From the NCBI GenBank assembly GCA_963843635.1, contig CAWJLF010000001.1, forward strand, positions 10,352 through 74,351: a DNA stretch of 64,000 bases. The letters are read 5' to 3'. The number at the start of each line of letters is the position of its first letter. The stretch's first letter is position 1. Position numbers and translations under genes: made by a program. The DNA comes from an uncultured Bacteroidales bacterium. Lineage in GTDB: Bacteria > Bacteroidota > Bacteroidia > Bacteroidales > VadinHA17. The notes below the pieces were generated by a model. That model was not told where the DNA came from. It made no database searches and saw nothing but the letters and a program-made list of their open reading frames with translations. Positions 22,101 through 33,104 of this stretch are shown piece after piece.

Positions 22101-23642
22101 AGTACATCGACTAATTATAGCGCTCCTCTCCAGGGAGTCAGCGGTCAGGAATACTATAAAGTTATATCTGTGCCTGGGAGTCAGGCTATTCTGAGTATAA
22201 ACTGGACTCCTTCAAGTGATGTGACGCCTCTTGTTACCGGAGGATTATCAAACATCAGGCTGGCAGGGTATAATACTGGTACTTCCTCATGGGAGGAGAT
22301 TCCTACAATGGCAACCGGAAATAATTCAAACGGTACAGCTACGTCTACAAGTCTTATTACGACAACAGGTGACAATGACTATACACTTGCTTCAATAACC
22401 AGTCTGAAACCCAGAGCTAAGCTTTCTCCCACCGGACCGGTTTGCGGAGCTTCCGGAATTCCGGTCACATTCACAGCGCCTTTCGTAATACCTTTTGATT
22501 ATTCATTAAGCTATACCATTAATGGTGTGGCACAGGTTCCTGTAACAATTACTTCTGGGATGGTTCCATATACTTTGCCGACACCTGTTGCGGGTGTTTA
22601 CAAGCTTACGGACTTCACTTACAATAGCGGAGCGTCAATAGGTGTTGCTGATGCCGGGACCATATCTGTATTTGATTCACCAACAGTGGCTGATGCAGGA
22701 CCCGACCAGACACAGTGTGGGATAACAACTGCCAATTTAGCCGGTAATGTACCTGTAACAGGTACCGGCTTATGGAGTATTATAAGTGGCTCAGGTGGTA
22801 CCGTTATAACTCCTTCCAGTCCTGGAAGTCAGTTTATAGGACTAAATGGTGTTTCATATACACTTAGATGGACAATAAGTAATGGAACATGCATTTCATC
22901 GGACGATGTGGTAATTAATTTTACAATATTACCTGACCCTCCCGTTGCAGCACCTGCACAGACTTTTTGTGGACCTTCAACAATAGCCAATCTGGTGGCC
23001 ATTCCACCAGTGGGATCAACTGTCGATTGGTACAGTGCTGCCACAGGAGGCGTTCTTTACCCCTCAGGCACTGCTCTCATTTCGGGCACAACTTACTATG
23101 CAGAATCTAATGGTGGTTGTTTAAGTCTTACCAGAACACCTGTGACTGCCACAATAAATCCAATACCTGTTCCTTCCTTGAACGGGCCTAATTCAGTCTG
23201 TGTAGGTTTAACAGGCAATATTTATATCACTGATGCTGGAATGAACAATTATATGTGGGTTGTCAGTGGTGGCTTCATCACATCAGGTGGTACTTTAACT
23301 GATAATACAGCCACTGTTACATGGAACACAAGTGGGGTCAGGTCAATTAGTGTGAATTATACCCAGGCTGGTTGCAGTGCAGTTACACCTACAGTCTATA
23401 ATGTAACAGTAAATTCTGGTCCAACAATTACACTGGGTTTAAACCCATCAGTTTGTTCAGGTGATGTGTTGGCTAATCTTACATATAGTGCAACTACAGG
23501 AAGTCCTGATCAATATAGTATCGCTTATAGTGCTGCAGCTCATACAGCCGGTTTTGCAGATGTAGTCAATTCAGTATTGCCGGCCAGCCCTATATCATTG
23601 ATCGTGCCCGGAGCTGCAGCCTGCCGGATCTTATTCAGGTGA
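13122..23642 (+). CDS. Giant T9SS-secreted surface protein/adhesin, N-terminal 3506 aa (four large Asn/Thr/Gly-rich beta-solenoid-like modules, then Ig/PKD-like repeats)
   Basis: Signal peptide ending SSG-Q. Recurring module starts (YRS..TGNW...TW, YSYQTGYW...TW, YYSR...W...TW, YTS..DGNW...IW). Protein-like reading continues in another frame after 23620. Confidence 0.85.
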   Translation: MEHQSSVSEILKFRFSPFRTHVLKRTDYKEHNISSGLPHVFSLGKYWMIFFILLSVSLISSGQVAGDYRSLATGNWNANTTWEKFNGSVWNPCVAGDFPGAVAGNPVVYINGNNTVTVVSNVTNSIGSLVFNSGSESNIVQFSGTYSLDITGAITINHPSGGTNINGIYINSGNVTCTSLTSSNSGSNSRGCSVAISDGTLTVNGNIQMGANSLQNDITFTGAGIMNVSGDLTTGHLTGASNSIVNIGGTFVPSIFTIGTSTVNYNGADQNIAAYTYFNLTCSGSGTKTLPNVNVTTDGDLNITGTILAFNSVQLRNLVVNGDMSGTGTLDMSAGGLSHRLYLNGQNNSITGFTPGFGTVYYSGVVSQQIFPGTYYNLITQTSDQIRTIQGDLIITNNLTITLGTFDFGSSERSVTVFGNLSGAGTIEMSGAGLAHTLTLEGASNNITIFNTTNGSGSTVNYNSAGAQQVFASGNYQNVNIGGSGIKTLNAGNSTINGNLDISGATFAFNNTLQTLTLNGNLSGDGTLDMSSGNRTHDLYLGGQTNTIGTLTTGTAASTINYSRAGDQTVFGSSEYRNLTISGGGNKALDGGVTVGSTLTLNSGVLQLGWNNLTLTNATAVAGGPFSATTMIETDGNGLFIRSGNLTNQSFNLTYPVGSGGYYNPLIISNLNNIAAAARSISIRAVPSNLNVLSNSINKHWDITATNITTQASTILSFQFDEGEVVGQSTLFQPYTNASGSWALATGPSTPGTNPSTSTGSPNISGLWTVGSPGTFYSYQTGYWDQASTWTTDPGGTTGPGTAVPGSNDKVVILSGRTVSLENDDFSQNLDITITNGGILDLTTWSFGSPLAALHGSGTLKLTSSNFPASVVNTFVTTDGGTTEYNYNGPLSSLQSVYYNLTIKTAFGTTVQVNDLTINGNLNVAEGTFQINDGTSRRLKLIVNGDVTVDNSGSIAIGTGTTRTSAGPLPSITGSTGLFLNYYELNSHRIQIFGNFVNNGIVRFSNLANPVYNSFPSSGFATVYFQGLSDKTITCNGQTDFYNLVVDKGTDQTFKLTVNSSTYNNFRLFGANTSDGSITLPATPAGNPNLKKALWIKNGTLVLQGLIAIPSLSEGNTSGTYQSDFFIPANGALELDGGGVIVLSTADDYTEVNAAYGLSGGSNATYGINASGGYSGLSVLGKLQINSGYLSTRESAGILYWSYAPGQFIMNGGKVDTKQLHNPEGGSTGLISFVQSGGNMIIRGRFNNTINYSVPADLSNPVMNTARVNDGIDPSSGIGAFSINNNAANGFTMSGGTISVYDVCNTSGTPLAFLVNCPNENINVTGGTLQIIPTTGTGPADANYYINSTAPVNNLSINRVSGTSLVRLLANPLVVLNNLTLTSGDLSANNLDVTIGGNFSLAAGTSYNTGSNTTILNGSADQSFTINTASALSLNNFSIDKPVGVAVNIAGTQATMNVTGDFSMLLATLNDNGKTISISGNIFNSGIHAGTGKIILNGVNTQTINGNGTFGNVDINNTNATAAPVSLLANMTVNGILSFLQNKIFNINTYNLKLNATAAIVNGGPLRYVRSAGNAGDGGLTKVFSSSTTFIFPVGVVNYTPASIGLSSAPTAYGSITVIPVNFAHPNVTVPGRSLSYFWRVKSSGFILGGATVTQGYTYAQANVVTGVGISEAEYVAARFDASTSTWTNGTSDDVDDTNNIIGEPGAGTFLENVAFIDGDYTAGDNNPTSPFGTPQIYYSRINGAASGGGLWSSINTWSTDPVLQHTGAPAGTVPGAGDIVIIGGRDSVYLATNNTVANTDVRNCASLKIEKGSALDIGYNPNSNFGMVLSSTGGNGNFRLTCDRGPDYYTTIRTFQFPSGDFSDFNVNLGTTELYTTNPVAGTTFYLPNGVLSFGNLIISPLGGSNIIFPNNDLRIYGNLVTRGQNADSWFCPTWNVNYPTVPSARIAKTITIDGNLDIQGGSLIWYGNGGLAQNFVVHGDVKVATLSALYVWSGATNQSMEIGGSLINNTDGQNHGLSTQSKVDFTRIPVTFSGSNSASITNTAGNPLTVFTTVTVNKGNSQTTTLTCDIAGTLNTLSDNWLTLQNGTFRYMRTNPNSDFTISTTTPFIIPSTAGLYVNLPSNSGNRNILIGNTNNNAGDLLLSGKLTLVNGNIYVGRTGGTDNRNNDIEYTTSGASEIEVQGGSLYVNGQIRRDPLNAGGVLIYTQSGGAVQINGNASNSTNAKFEVLNTGSNFTMSGGTITIVRGNGSTTTPASPFGDLYIRPATGTISGGTVVFDHTGVNSPENYFLETNIPLNNITVTSVSAANYSKVRILTSPLVVNGNMIINANSVLDANNINVTFNGNLINTPGIGGYIYGTNITTFNAPAGGAVAGAQTVTGATNFYDLVVNPSTSLTLTSPSTVYRNMTITTGTLILAGNPVTLLGDLTNNASYTDNNTVGSGIILNGSAQQKITGTGSFARLTLDNSNGARTESNITLQEDLTLTNGILDINLHLITLGVNSLIQGSSFGVTKMIASDGVFSNVGIRKFFNPGAISFLYPIGTSGKYTPALLTASSSNTVGFVRINNINSQHPAVTDPNNALQYYWDVQSSGITNFTGSLVLNYLQSDVVGDEPNYLAARLIVPGTAWSLTAGVDATLNTITKNFLGLNNLSGEYTAGVASVFPGNVPIYTSNADGNWTDPTIWTQTGGDPYPCPPGGPNGFIVVINHVVTLDANYCSAYRTTINNELRAVSTHYGHNLGTVDGSGTLYLESGSFPAGLYTSFLGCANNSTVEYGGSGTYTIIADLYDDISNITFSGTGTRVLPNKDLTICNTFKIDGPLVDNSIYNKKLVIKGTMERYNTGSFKRGTGPGATVSFSGTSPQTIGGVSGDFTGTNAFNNLEINNLAGLRINDGGAVDVAGNLLLTNGLINTASTRTLTITNSLVNCVVPAGGSITSFVDGPLVKKISMFDNFLYPIGKNISGVGNVLGNNIRISSTQSGPALWSVEYYNPNSTSTNYSAPLQGVSGQEYYKVISVPGSQAILSINWTPSSDVTPLVTGGLSNIRLAGYNTGTSSWEEIPTMATGNNSNGTATSTSLITTTGDNDYTLASITSLKPRAKLSPTGPVCGASGIPVTFTAPFVIPFDYSLSYTINGVAQVPVTITSGMVPYTLPTPVAGVYKLTDFTYNSGASIGVADAGTISVFDSPTVADAGPDQTQCGITTANLAGNVPVTGTGLWSIISGSGGTVITPSSPGSQFIGLNGVSYTLRWTISNGTCISSDDVVINFTILPDPPVAAPAQTFCGPSTIANLVAIPPVGSTVDWYSAATGGVLYPSGTALISGTTYYAESNGGCLSLTRTPVTATINPIPVPSLNGPNSVCVGLTGNIYITDAGMNNYMWVVSGGFITSGGTLTDNTATVTWNTSGVRSISVNYTQAGCSAVTPTVYNVTVNSGPTITLGLNPSVCSGDVLANLTYSATTGSPDQYSIAYSAAAHTAGFADVVNSVLPASPISLIVPGAAACRILFR

Positions 23643-23666
23643 CCTTACTGTTAGCAAACAGTCTGA

Positions 23667-26600
23667 ATGGCTGTGTTAGTGCATACCTACCCTATAAGTA
23701 TTACTATAAGTAGCAGACCGGTGCCTACCTTTACAGCTGAACCTGGTGCAACTGCCTGTTCCGGTACAGATGTAACCTATACGACTCAGGGAGGTCAATC
23801 CAGCTATGTATGGACATTCCCGGGAGTAGCCGGTACTGATTACAGCATTACCTCAGGTGGTACATCCTCGGATAATAGTGTAACGCTAAAATGGTTAACG
23901 GCAGGTGTTAAGACAGTTTCAGTTAATTATACCAATGCAAGCGGTTGTAATGCAGTTGCGGATGTTTCATCAATACCGACAACTGTCACTCTTCTACCAG
24001 TTCCATCTTTTACTTCACAGCCCGGAGCTACTGCTTGTGCTTTCTCAGATGTTACATATTCCACGCAGGCAGGTCAGACTAATTATATATGGACCTTCAC
24101 CGGAATATCGGGTACCGATTATAGTATAACAACCGGTGGCACAGCCTCTGATAACAGTGTGACGCTGCAATGGCTTACTGCAGGAGTGAAAATTGTCTCA
24201 GTTAATTATACAAATGCGGGTGGTTGTACGGCTTCCAGTGCTTCATCATCAACTCCGACAACTGTAAATCTCGCAGCTATCCCAACATTTACAGCAGAAC
24301 CGGGTGCAACAGCCTGTTCTTCAACAGATGTCACATATACAACACAACCAGGACAAACCAATTATACCTGGACATTCACAGGTGTTGCAGGAATTGACTA
24401 TAATATTACCTCAGGAGGAACCCCCACTGATAACAGTGCTACACTGCAATGGCTTACCGCAGGAATAAAAACAGTTACAATTAATTACACCGACGCAGGT
24501 GGGTGTACTACTTCAAGCCCTGCCTCCTCTGCACCAACCACTGTAAGTCTTCTTCCGGTTCCATCATTTACTGCGCAACCTGGAGCGACTGCCTGTGCTA
24601 CTGCTGATGTTATATATACAACCCAGGCAGGTCAGACAAATTATATATGGACCTTTACAGGAATATGCAGGAACTGATTATAGTATTACATCCGGAGGTA
24701 CGATCACAGATAACAGTGTTACTTTGAAGTGGCTGAATGCAGGTGTCAAAAGTGTAACCATTAATTATACAAATGCGGGTGGATGTACCGCTTTAAGTGC
24801 CACATCTTCAATACCGACCACAGTTTCACTTCTGCCGGTTCCAACCTTTACAGCTGAACCGGGAGCCACGGCCTGTGCATCAACAGATTTGACCTATTCG
24901 ACCCAGGCTGGCCAGAGCAATTATATATGGACTTTTACTGGTGTGGCCGGAACAGACTACACTATTACCACAGGTGGAACAGCTACCGATAATAGTGTTA
25001 CACTTAAATGGCTGACTACAGGTATTAAAACGGTAACAATAAATTATACAAGCGCAGGTGGATGCACGGGTGCATCAGCAGCTTCATCAATCCCAACAGT
25101 GATAAGTCTGGCACCTACTATAGCGAATGCCGGGGCAGATCAAAACGGTGCTGCCACATGTGGACTCACAATTGTTACTTTGTCTGCTAATACCCCTGTT
25201 GATGGAACCGGGTTATGGAGCATCGTTAGCGGAACAGGAGGTACTGTTACAGCTCCTGGAAGCCCTTCCAGCACCTTTACTGGTGTTGCAGGAACTACCT
25301 ATGTATTACGATGGACAATTACTAATCCTCCATGTACTCCTTCCACTGATGATGTTACAATAACATTTAATCAACCACCTTCACCGGCAAATGCCGGACT
25401 CGACCAGACAGATGCTGCAATGTGTGGATTGACAAGCACAACCCTTACAGCAAGTACCCCTACGATTGGAACAGGTACCTGGAGTATAATAGGCGGGGCA
25501 GGTGGTACTGTTGCCAGTCCAAATAGTCCAACAAGTGCATTCACCGGAGTTGCCGGGACAACCTATGTACTTAGATGGACTATTACGAATCCTCCCTGTA
25601 CTCCAACTGTCGATGATGTTAACATTACATTCCATCAGAATCCGACACCCGCTAATGCCGGGCCTGATCAGATTGATGCTTCGACCTGTGGACTTACTCT
25701 GGTGACACTGGCTGGTAATAATCCAGCAATTGGCACCGGAAACTGGAGTATAATAAGCGGATCAGGAGGAACTTTTGCTAATGCTTCTTTATTCAATACT
25801 ACATTTAATGGCACTCCGGGAACAACGTATGTGCTCCGCTGGACTATAAATAATCCTCCATGTGTAGCCTCATTTGACGATGTTACCGTAAAATTCAATC
25901 AGGAACCGACTGTAGCAAATGCCGGATCAGATCAGATAGGCTCAGCAACTTGCGGACTCACATCTGTAACCCTTACTGCTAATAATCCTGTTATAGGTAC
26001 GGGTACATGGAGCATTGTAAGTGGTGCAGGCGGTTCATTCGATAATGCTGCACTGAGTAATGCAACCTTTAGCGGAACAGCAGGAACAACATATGTTTTA
26101 CGATGGACAATAGATAACCCTCCATGTACCCCATCAACAGATGATGTTACCATTACCTTCAATCAGGATCCTACCACGGCTGATGCAGGACCAGATCAGA
26201 CAGATGCCTTGACCTGTGGCCTTACAATGGTTACTTTGGCAGGCAATAATCCGGTTGTCGGGACAGGATCATGGAGTATAGTAAGTGGAAGCGGCGGCTC
26301 TTTTGCCAATCCATCACTTAATAATACAACTTTCACCGGTACAGCCGGAACAGCGTATGTTCTGCGCTGGACAATAAGCAACCCTCCATGCTTACCTTCA
26401 TCCGACGATATTACTGTCACTTTTAACCAGAGTCCGACTACTGCTGATGCGGGCCCTGATCAGACAGGAGCTTCTACATGCGGACTGACCACAGTTACTC
26501 TTGCAGCCAACAATCCTGTTGTGGGAACCGGATCGTGGAGTATCGTAAGTGGTGCAGGTGGATCATTTGGGAATACCTCGTTGAATAATTCAACATTTAC

Positions 26601-29600
26601 AGGTACAGCCGGAGTTACATATGTTCTTCGCTGGACTATCACAAATGCTCCATGCGCATCCTCCACAGATGATGTTACAATAACATTCAACCAGGAACCG
26701 ACAATTGCAGATGCTGGTGCTGATCAGACCGATGTCGCAACCTGTGGACTTACAACAGTTACTCTTGCAGGTAATAGTCCTGTTATAGGCCAGGGACATG
26801 GAGTATTATAAGTGGGAGTAGGAGGTTCATTCACAAATGCATCACTGAACAATACAACATTTTCAGGTACTGCAGGAACAACTTATGACCTTCGCTGGAC
26901 AATAAGCAGTCCTCCCTGTGTGCCTTCAACAGACGATGTAACCATTACATTTAACCAGGCACCCACAACAGCTAATGCAGGACCTGATCAGAATGGTGCC
27001 GCAACATGTGGATTGACAACAGTTAGCCTGGCAGCTAATAATCCTGTTAGTGGTACAGGTACCTGGAGCATTGTAAGTGGTAGCGGAGGCTCATTTGCGG
27101 ATGCCATCACTTAACAATACAACATTTACAGGTACAGCAGGGACTACATCATACATCTGCGCTGGACCATAAGTAACCCGCCATGTGCCGATTCATTTGA
27201 CGATGTCACATATGTACTAAGTGTCAGCCCGACATGGCCGATGCAGGCCCGGATCAGACCGATGCAGCTACATGCGGCTTAACACTGTTACCCTGGCAGC
27301 AAATACGCCAACTGTAGGATCTGGTACCTGGAGTATAATGGGAGGTACGGGAGGTACAATCACTGATCCTTCTGATCCTGTTAGTACCTTCAGTGGAGAC
27401 CCGGGTAAGACTTATAGCCTGAGATGGACAATTAGCAATCCACCATGTACACCTACATTCGATGATGTAAATATTACTTTTAATGAGAATCCGACTACGG
27501 CGGATGCTGGGTCCTGATCAAACAGGATTATCAATGTGTGGAATTACAGTGACAACCCTTCAGGGTAATGCTCCGGTTGATAGGAACAGGCACCTGGACC
27601 ATAATAAGTGGTATTGGAGGAAATATTACCGCAGCAAACAGCCCGACAAGCACCTTCACAGGTACAGCCGGTGTTGCTTACTTATTGAGATGGACAATTA
27701 CACAATCCTCCCTGCACTGATTCATTTGATGAAGTCAATATAGTATTTAATCTTGTTCCAACTCCAACATTTACTGTTGAACCAGGGGCTTCAACATGTA
27801 CCGGCATTGATGTAACATATTCAACACAGGCTGGTCAATCGGATTATTTATGGACTTTTACCGGTATATCAGGAACAGATTATACTATTGTATCTGGAGG
27901 TACATTGACAGATAATACTGCAGTGGTAAGATGGCTGACTCCCGGAAATAAAACTGTAACAATAAATTACTCTAATACAGCCGGTTGTAGTGCCTTAGTC
28001 ACAACTTCTTCATCACGACAATGTTATCGCAACACTTCCGGTCAGCGTAACAATAACAGCCGATGCCAATCCTGTCTGCGACGGGACCACGGTTAACTTC
28101 ACGGCAACACCTGTTAACGGAGGCCTTACACCGTCATACCAGTGGTACAACGGGGCAGTTCCGGTAGGTATTGACAGTCCGACATATTCCTATGCACCGG
28201 CAGATGGTGATATCATCACGGTTGTTCTCACTTCGAGTGAGACATGTCAGAGCGGCGGTCCTGCAACATCCAATGCAATACTGATGAATGTCAACCCGGT
28301 ACTTCCGGTCAGCGTAACAATAACAGCCGATGCCAATCCTGTCTGCGACGGGACCACGGTTAACTTCACGGCAACACCTGTTAACGGAGGCCTTACACCG
28401 TCATACCAGTGGTACAACGGGGCAGTTCCGGTAGGGATTGACAGTCCGACATATTCCTATGCCCCGGCAGACGGTGATATCATCACGGTTGTTCTCACTT
28501 CGAGTGAGACATGTCAGAGCGGCGGTCCGGCAACATCCAATGCAATATTGATGAATGTCAGCCCGGTACTTCCGGTCAGCGTAACAATAACAGCCGATGC
28601 CAATCCTGTCTGTGACGGGACCATGGTTAACTTCACGGCAACGCCTGTTAACGGAGGCCTTACACCGTCATACCAGTGGTACAACGGGGCAGTTCCGGTA
28701 GGTATTGACAGTCCGACATATTCCTATGCACCGGCAGACGGTGATATCATCACGGTTGTTCTCACTTCGAGTGAGACATGTCAGAGCGGCGGTCCGGCAA
28801 CATCTAATGCAATATTGATGAATGTCAGCCCGGTACTTCCGGTCAGCGTAACAATAACAGCCGATGCCAATCCTGTCTGTGACGGGACCATGGTTAACTT
28901 CACGGCAACGCCTGTTAACGGAGGCCTTACACCGTCATACCAGTGGTACAACGGGGCAGTTCCGGTAGGTATTGACAGTCCGGCATATTCCTATGTACCG
29001 GCAGACGGTGATATCATCACGGTTGTACTCACTTCGAGTGAGACATGTCAGAGCGGCGGTCCGGCAACATCTAATGCAATACTGATGAATGTTAACCCGG
29101 TACTTCCAGTCAGCGTAACAATAACAGCCGATGCCAATCCTGTCTGTGACGGGACCACGGTTAACTTCACGGCAACGCCTGTTAACGGAGGCCTTACACC
29201 GTCATACCAGTGGTACAACGGGGCAGTTCCGGTAGGTATTGACAGTCCGACATATTCCTATGCACCGGCAGATGGTGATATCATCACGGTTGTTCTCACT
29301 TCGAGTGAGACATGTCAGAGCGGCGGTCCGGCAACATCTAATGCAATATTGATGAATGTCAGCCCGGTACTTCCGGTCAGCGTAACAATAACAGCCGATG
29401 CCAATCCTGTCTGTGACGGGACCATGGTTAACTTCACGGCAACGCCTGTTAACGGAGGCCTTACACCGTCATACCAGTGGTACAACGGGGCAGTTCCGGT
29501 AGGTATTGACAGTCCGACATATTCCTATGCACCGGCAGACGGTGATATCATCACGGTTGTTCTCACTTCGAGTGAGACATGTCAGAGCGGCGGTCCTGCA

Positions 29601-32067
29601 ACATCCAATGCAATACTGATGAATGTCAACCCGGTACTTCCAGTCAGTGTAACAATAACAGCCGATGCCAATCCTGTCTGCGACGGGACCACGGTTAACT
29701 TCACGGCAACGCCTGTTAACGGAGGCCTTACACCGTCATACCAGTGGTACAACGGGGCAGTTCCGGTAGGTATTGACAGTCCGACATATTCCTATGCACC
29801 GGCAGACGGTGATATAATAACAGTTGTTCTCACTTCGAGTGAGACATGTCAGAGCGGCGGTCCTGCAACATCCAATGCAATACTGATGAGTGTTAATCCA
29901 CTTCCGACAGTTGTTATTACGGACCCGGCACCTGTATGTATGCCTGCTACTGTAGATCTTACAGATGCAGCAATAACATTTGGAAGTACAGCAGGACTGG
30001 ATTATACATACTGGACAGATGCATCTGCTAGTGTGTCATATACCTCACCGACGGCTGCCGTTGCAGGCACCTATTATATAAAGGGAACAAATCCTGTTAC
30101 AGGTTGCTTTGATATTCAACCGGTTACTGTGGTAATAAATGCCCCCCCGATAGTTTTGATTACTGATCCTGCACCAGTTTGTTCACCTTCTACAGCAGAT
30201 CTGACTGATCCGTCAGTTACAGCAGGAAGTACTGCTGGAATTGACCTGACTTACTGGACCGACGCAGCAGCAACGGTACCGTATGCCACGCCTGGTACAG
30301 CTACTACAGGAACCTATTACATTAAAGGGACTGACCTTTTAACAGGATGCTATGATATTGAAACAGTAAATGTGGTTGTCAATGATTCGCCTGTGGTTAA
30401 CGGGGCAGTAACTAATGTCATGTGTAACGGATCATCAACGGGAGCAATCGATATTACTGTGACAGGTGGATCATCTCCCTATTTATTCGCATGGACAGGC
30501 ACAGGGGTTATCCCTGACTCTGAAGATCAGACAAATCTTGCAGCAGGTCCGTATTCAGTTGTTGTTACTGATGCAAACGGATGTGCTGCTTCAGAAAATA
30601 TGAATTTAAGTGAACCGGCAACTGCACTGGATGGTACAATTACCTTGCAGGATAATGTAACTATTAGCGGTGGTAACGATGGAAGTGTAACGGTTGAGGG
30701 TTCAGGGGGAACGCCGCCTTATATGTATCGGTTTGAAAGTGACCCTTACCAGGCATCAGGTACTTTTGCATCACTTACTGCCGGAAATTACACTGTTACA
30801 GTTCAGGATGCCAATCTTTGTACATTTGATGTTCCTGTGATAATAACCCAGCCATTGGCAAGCCTCTCCGGAAGTGTTGTTTCACTGACAAACGTTACTT
30901 GTTTCGGGACATCCACAGGAACTGTCACAATTGAAGGAAACGGAGGTTTGGCGCCTTATGAATACCAGCTTGGCTCGGGACCGTTTCAGTCATCCGGCAC
31001 ATTTGGGTCACTTGCTGCTGCAGACTATACTGTTACGATACAGGATGTTAATTTAAACACATTTGAAGTCATTTTCACTATTACTGAGCCCGCAACAGCA
31101 GTCAGCGGAATTATATTGTCGAAGACAGATGTTATTTGTTTTGGCAATAATACAGGAAGCGTGACAGTTGAAGGTTCGGGAGGGACACCTCCATACCAGT
31201 ATAAACTGGGCTCTGGAGCATACCAGGTATCAGGGGAATTCAGTTCTCTTGTTGCAGGAGACTATATAGTTACTGTGCAGGATGCTAATCTTTGTACCTT
31301 TGATATCCCGGTTACAATTTCACAACCATTGTCAGCCTTAAGTGGTACGTTGTTACACAGACAAATGTGTCATGTTCCGGTTTATCAGATGCATCATTTG
31401 CGATCAATGCTTCAGGCGGATACTCTCCTTACTAGTACAGTCTGGATGGAGGGGCATTCCAGTCGTCCGGTGCTTTCAGTAATCTGGCGCAGGAACATAT
31501 ACTGTTACTATAAGTGATGCCTCATCGTGTACTGTGGATATTGATGTAATTATAACTGAGCCGGAGGTACTATCCATATCCTTTGAGAAGACTGATGCTT
31601 CCTGTCCGGATGTGGCATGATGGTTCAATAACACTTACTGTGACAGGAGGTACACAGCCATATAAATATTTATGGTCTGATGGTATTACAACCCCGACAC
31701 TTGCTGATATCACTGATGGTACATACAGTGCCGTGATAACAGATCAGAACAACTGTGCTGCTCCTATATGTGGAAGTAGGTGTAAATGGCTCAGAAAAAT
31801 GCCTTGAAATACCGGAAATAATAACACCTAACAATGATGGATATAATGATGAGTGGAGGATAAAGAATATTGATCTTTTCCCGAATGCTGAAGTACTGGT
31901 TTACACCAGATGGGGTAAACTTGTATTTAAGTCCAGAAATCTTTCAGCAGATCCATGGAAAGGTACATTTAAAGGAAAGCTCCTTCCTACGGATTCATAT
32001 CATTATATTTTACATCTGAATGATGGATCAGAACCACAGATCCGGTGTAATAAGTATTATCAGGTAA
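23667..32067 (+). CDS. Frameshifted continuation of the giant protein: PKD/Ig-like arrays, SprB-type repeats and a T9SS type B (gliding-motility-associated) C-terminal domain; whole gene about 6300 aa
   Basis: ORF fragments 23667, 24595, 26812, 27221, 28284, 31583 and 31755 join end to end. C-terminus [16 protein letters not shown]...YTRWGKLVF...DSYHYIL...SGVISIIR* (TAA at 32065-32067). Confidence 0.82.
25120..27755 (+). repeat. About 264-bp intragenic repeat x10 (A[N/D]AGxDQ...TCG...GTGxWSI...LRWTI...PPC...DDV), diverged at synonymous sites
   Basis: Unit starts near 25120, 25385, 25650, 25915, 26178, 26442, 26706, 26970, 27237 and 27500. Confidence 0.85.
28034..29890 (+). repeat. 267-bp (89 aa) near-identical intragenic tandem repeat x7
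   Basis: ACTTCC(G/A)GTCAG(C/T)GTAACAATAACAGCCGATGCC at 28034, 28301, 28568, 28835, 29102, 29369 and 29636. Confidence 0.97.
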
Positions 32068-32089
32068 GAATTAAAAATTCAGACAATAT

Positions 32090-33093
32090 ATGAGCTATTT
32101 GAGACGCATACTTACAGCAATTATTTTCTGCTTCACTTTTGGAGTTGCTGTTGCTCAGCAGGTCCCGATGTACAGTCAGTATATCATGAATGGGTTTCTT
32201 GTAAATCCTTCTTTTGCCGGACGAGATGGTTATACAACCGTCAACCTGACTGTAAGAGAACAATGGGTTGGACTTGCGGGTGCTCCCAGTACTTATGCTG
32301 CAAGTTTTCAGACCAGACTCCTGAAAGACAGTTACATATCAAAATCCACTTCTGTCACGAAAGAAACTTATCAAACCGACCAAGGGAGGGAAAGTGGGTG
32401 TTGGTGGTTATATCTTTAATGATAATAACGGAATAATGCATCGGACAGGATTCCAGGCTGCCTATTCCTATCATATTGCATATGGGTCAGACAGGAGGAT
32501 ATCCCAATGACCTGGCTTTTGGACTGGCATTACAGCATACCAGTTTTATATTAATACAGATGGATTGTTTACAATCATGATGATCCCTTGATAATGGGTT
32601 ATGACAGATCAGTTTTTATTACCGGATTTTAATTTCGGTACAAGCTTTACTACGTCACGTTATTATGTTGGCTTTGCTATGACAAATATATTTAAGAGGC
32701 TCGCTATTGTTTGCCGATACATCTATCTAATAAGAATACTCAGCTGGGTAATTTTTTCCTTACGGGTGGCATTAAATTTCCGCTTAGCCCCAGACTGGGT
32801 ACTTGAGCCATCAGCATTTATTAAATCATCAGATATGGTATTTAAATCGCTTCAGGTTGACCTGACCTCTCGTATTTTTTACAAGGATGATTATTGGGCT
32901 GGGATTATCATACAGAACAAATGATGCCATTATCGCCATGCTGGGACTTAAATATGACAGGTTCTATTTTGCTTACGCATTTGATTTTACAGCTAACCCA
33001 GTTACGACAACAAAGTTTTGGAACTCATGAGTTCACTGTGGCTGTCAAATTCGGAGAAAGTGCAAGAAGATACCGATGGATAAGCCATTCTAA
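32090..33093 (+). CDS. PorP/SprF family T9SS outer-membrane protein (frameshifted in this sequence; 3' end approximate)
   Basis: AQQVPMYSQYIMNGFLVNPSFAG...REQWVGLAGAPST N-terminus and GTHEF C-terminus; lies directly after a type B CTD gene. Confidence 0.85.
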
Positions 33094-33104
33094 GATTAAT
33101 CAAT

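Noticed and set aside
23600-23700. Phase-variable or programmed frameshift in the giant gene
   Set aside because: No long homopolymer or simple repeat at the break, and similar indels hit neighbouring essential genes
13445-26799. Many 60-110 aa antisense and alternate-frame ORFs inside long genes
   Set aside because: Shadow ORFs from codon bias and repeats; no recognisable motifs
28034-29890. Diversity-generating retroelement template/variable repeats
   Set aside because: Tandem in-frame domain repeats, differences not adenine-specific, no reverse transcriptase in the window
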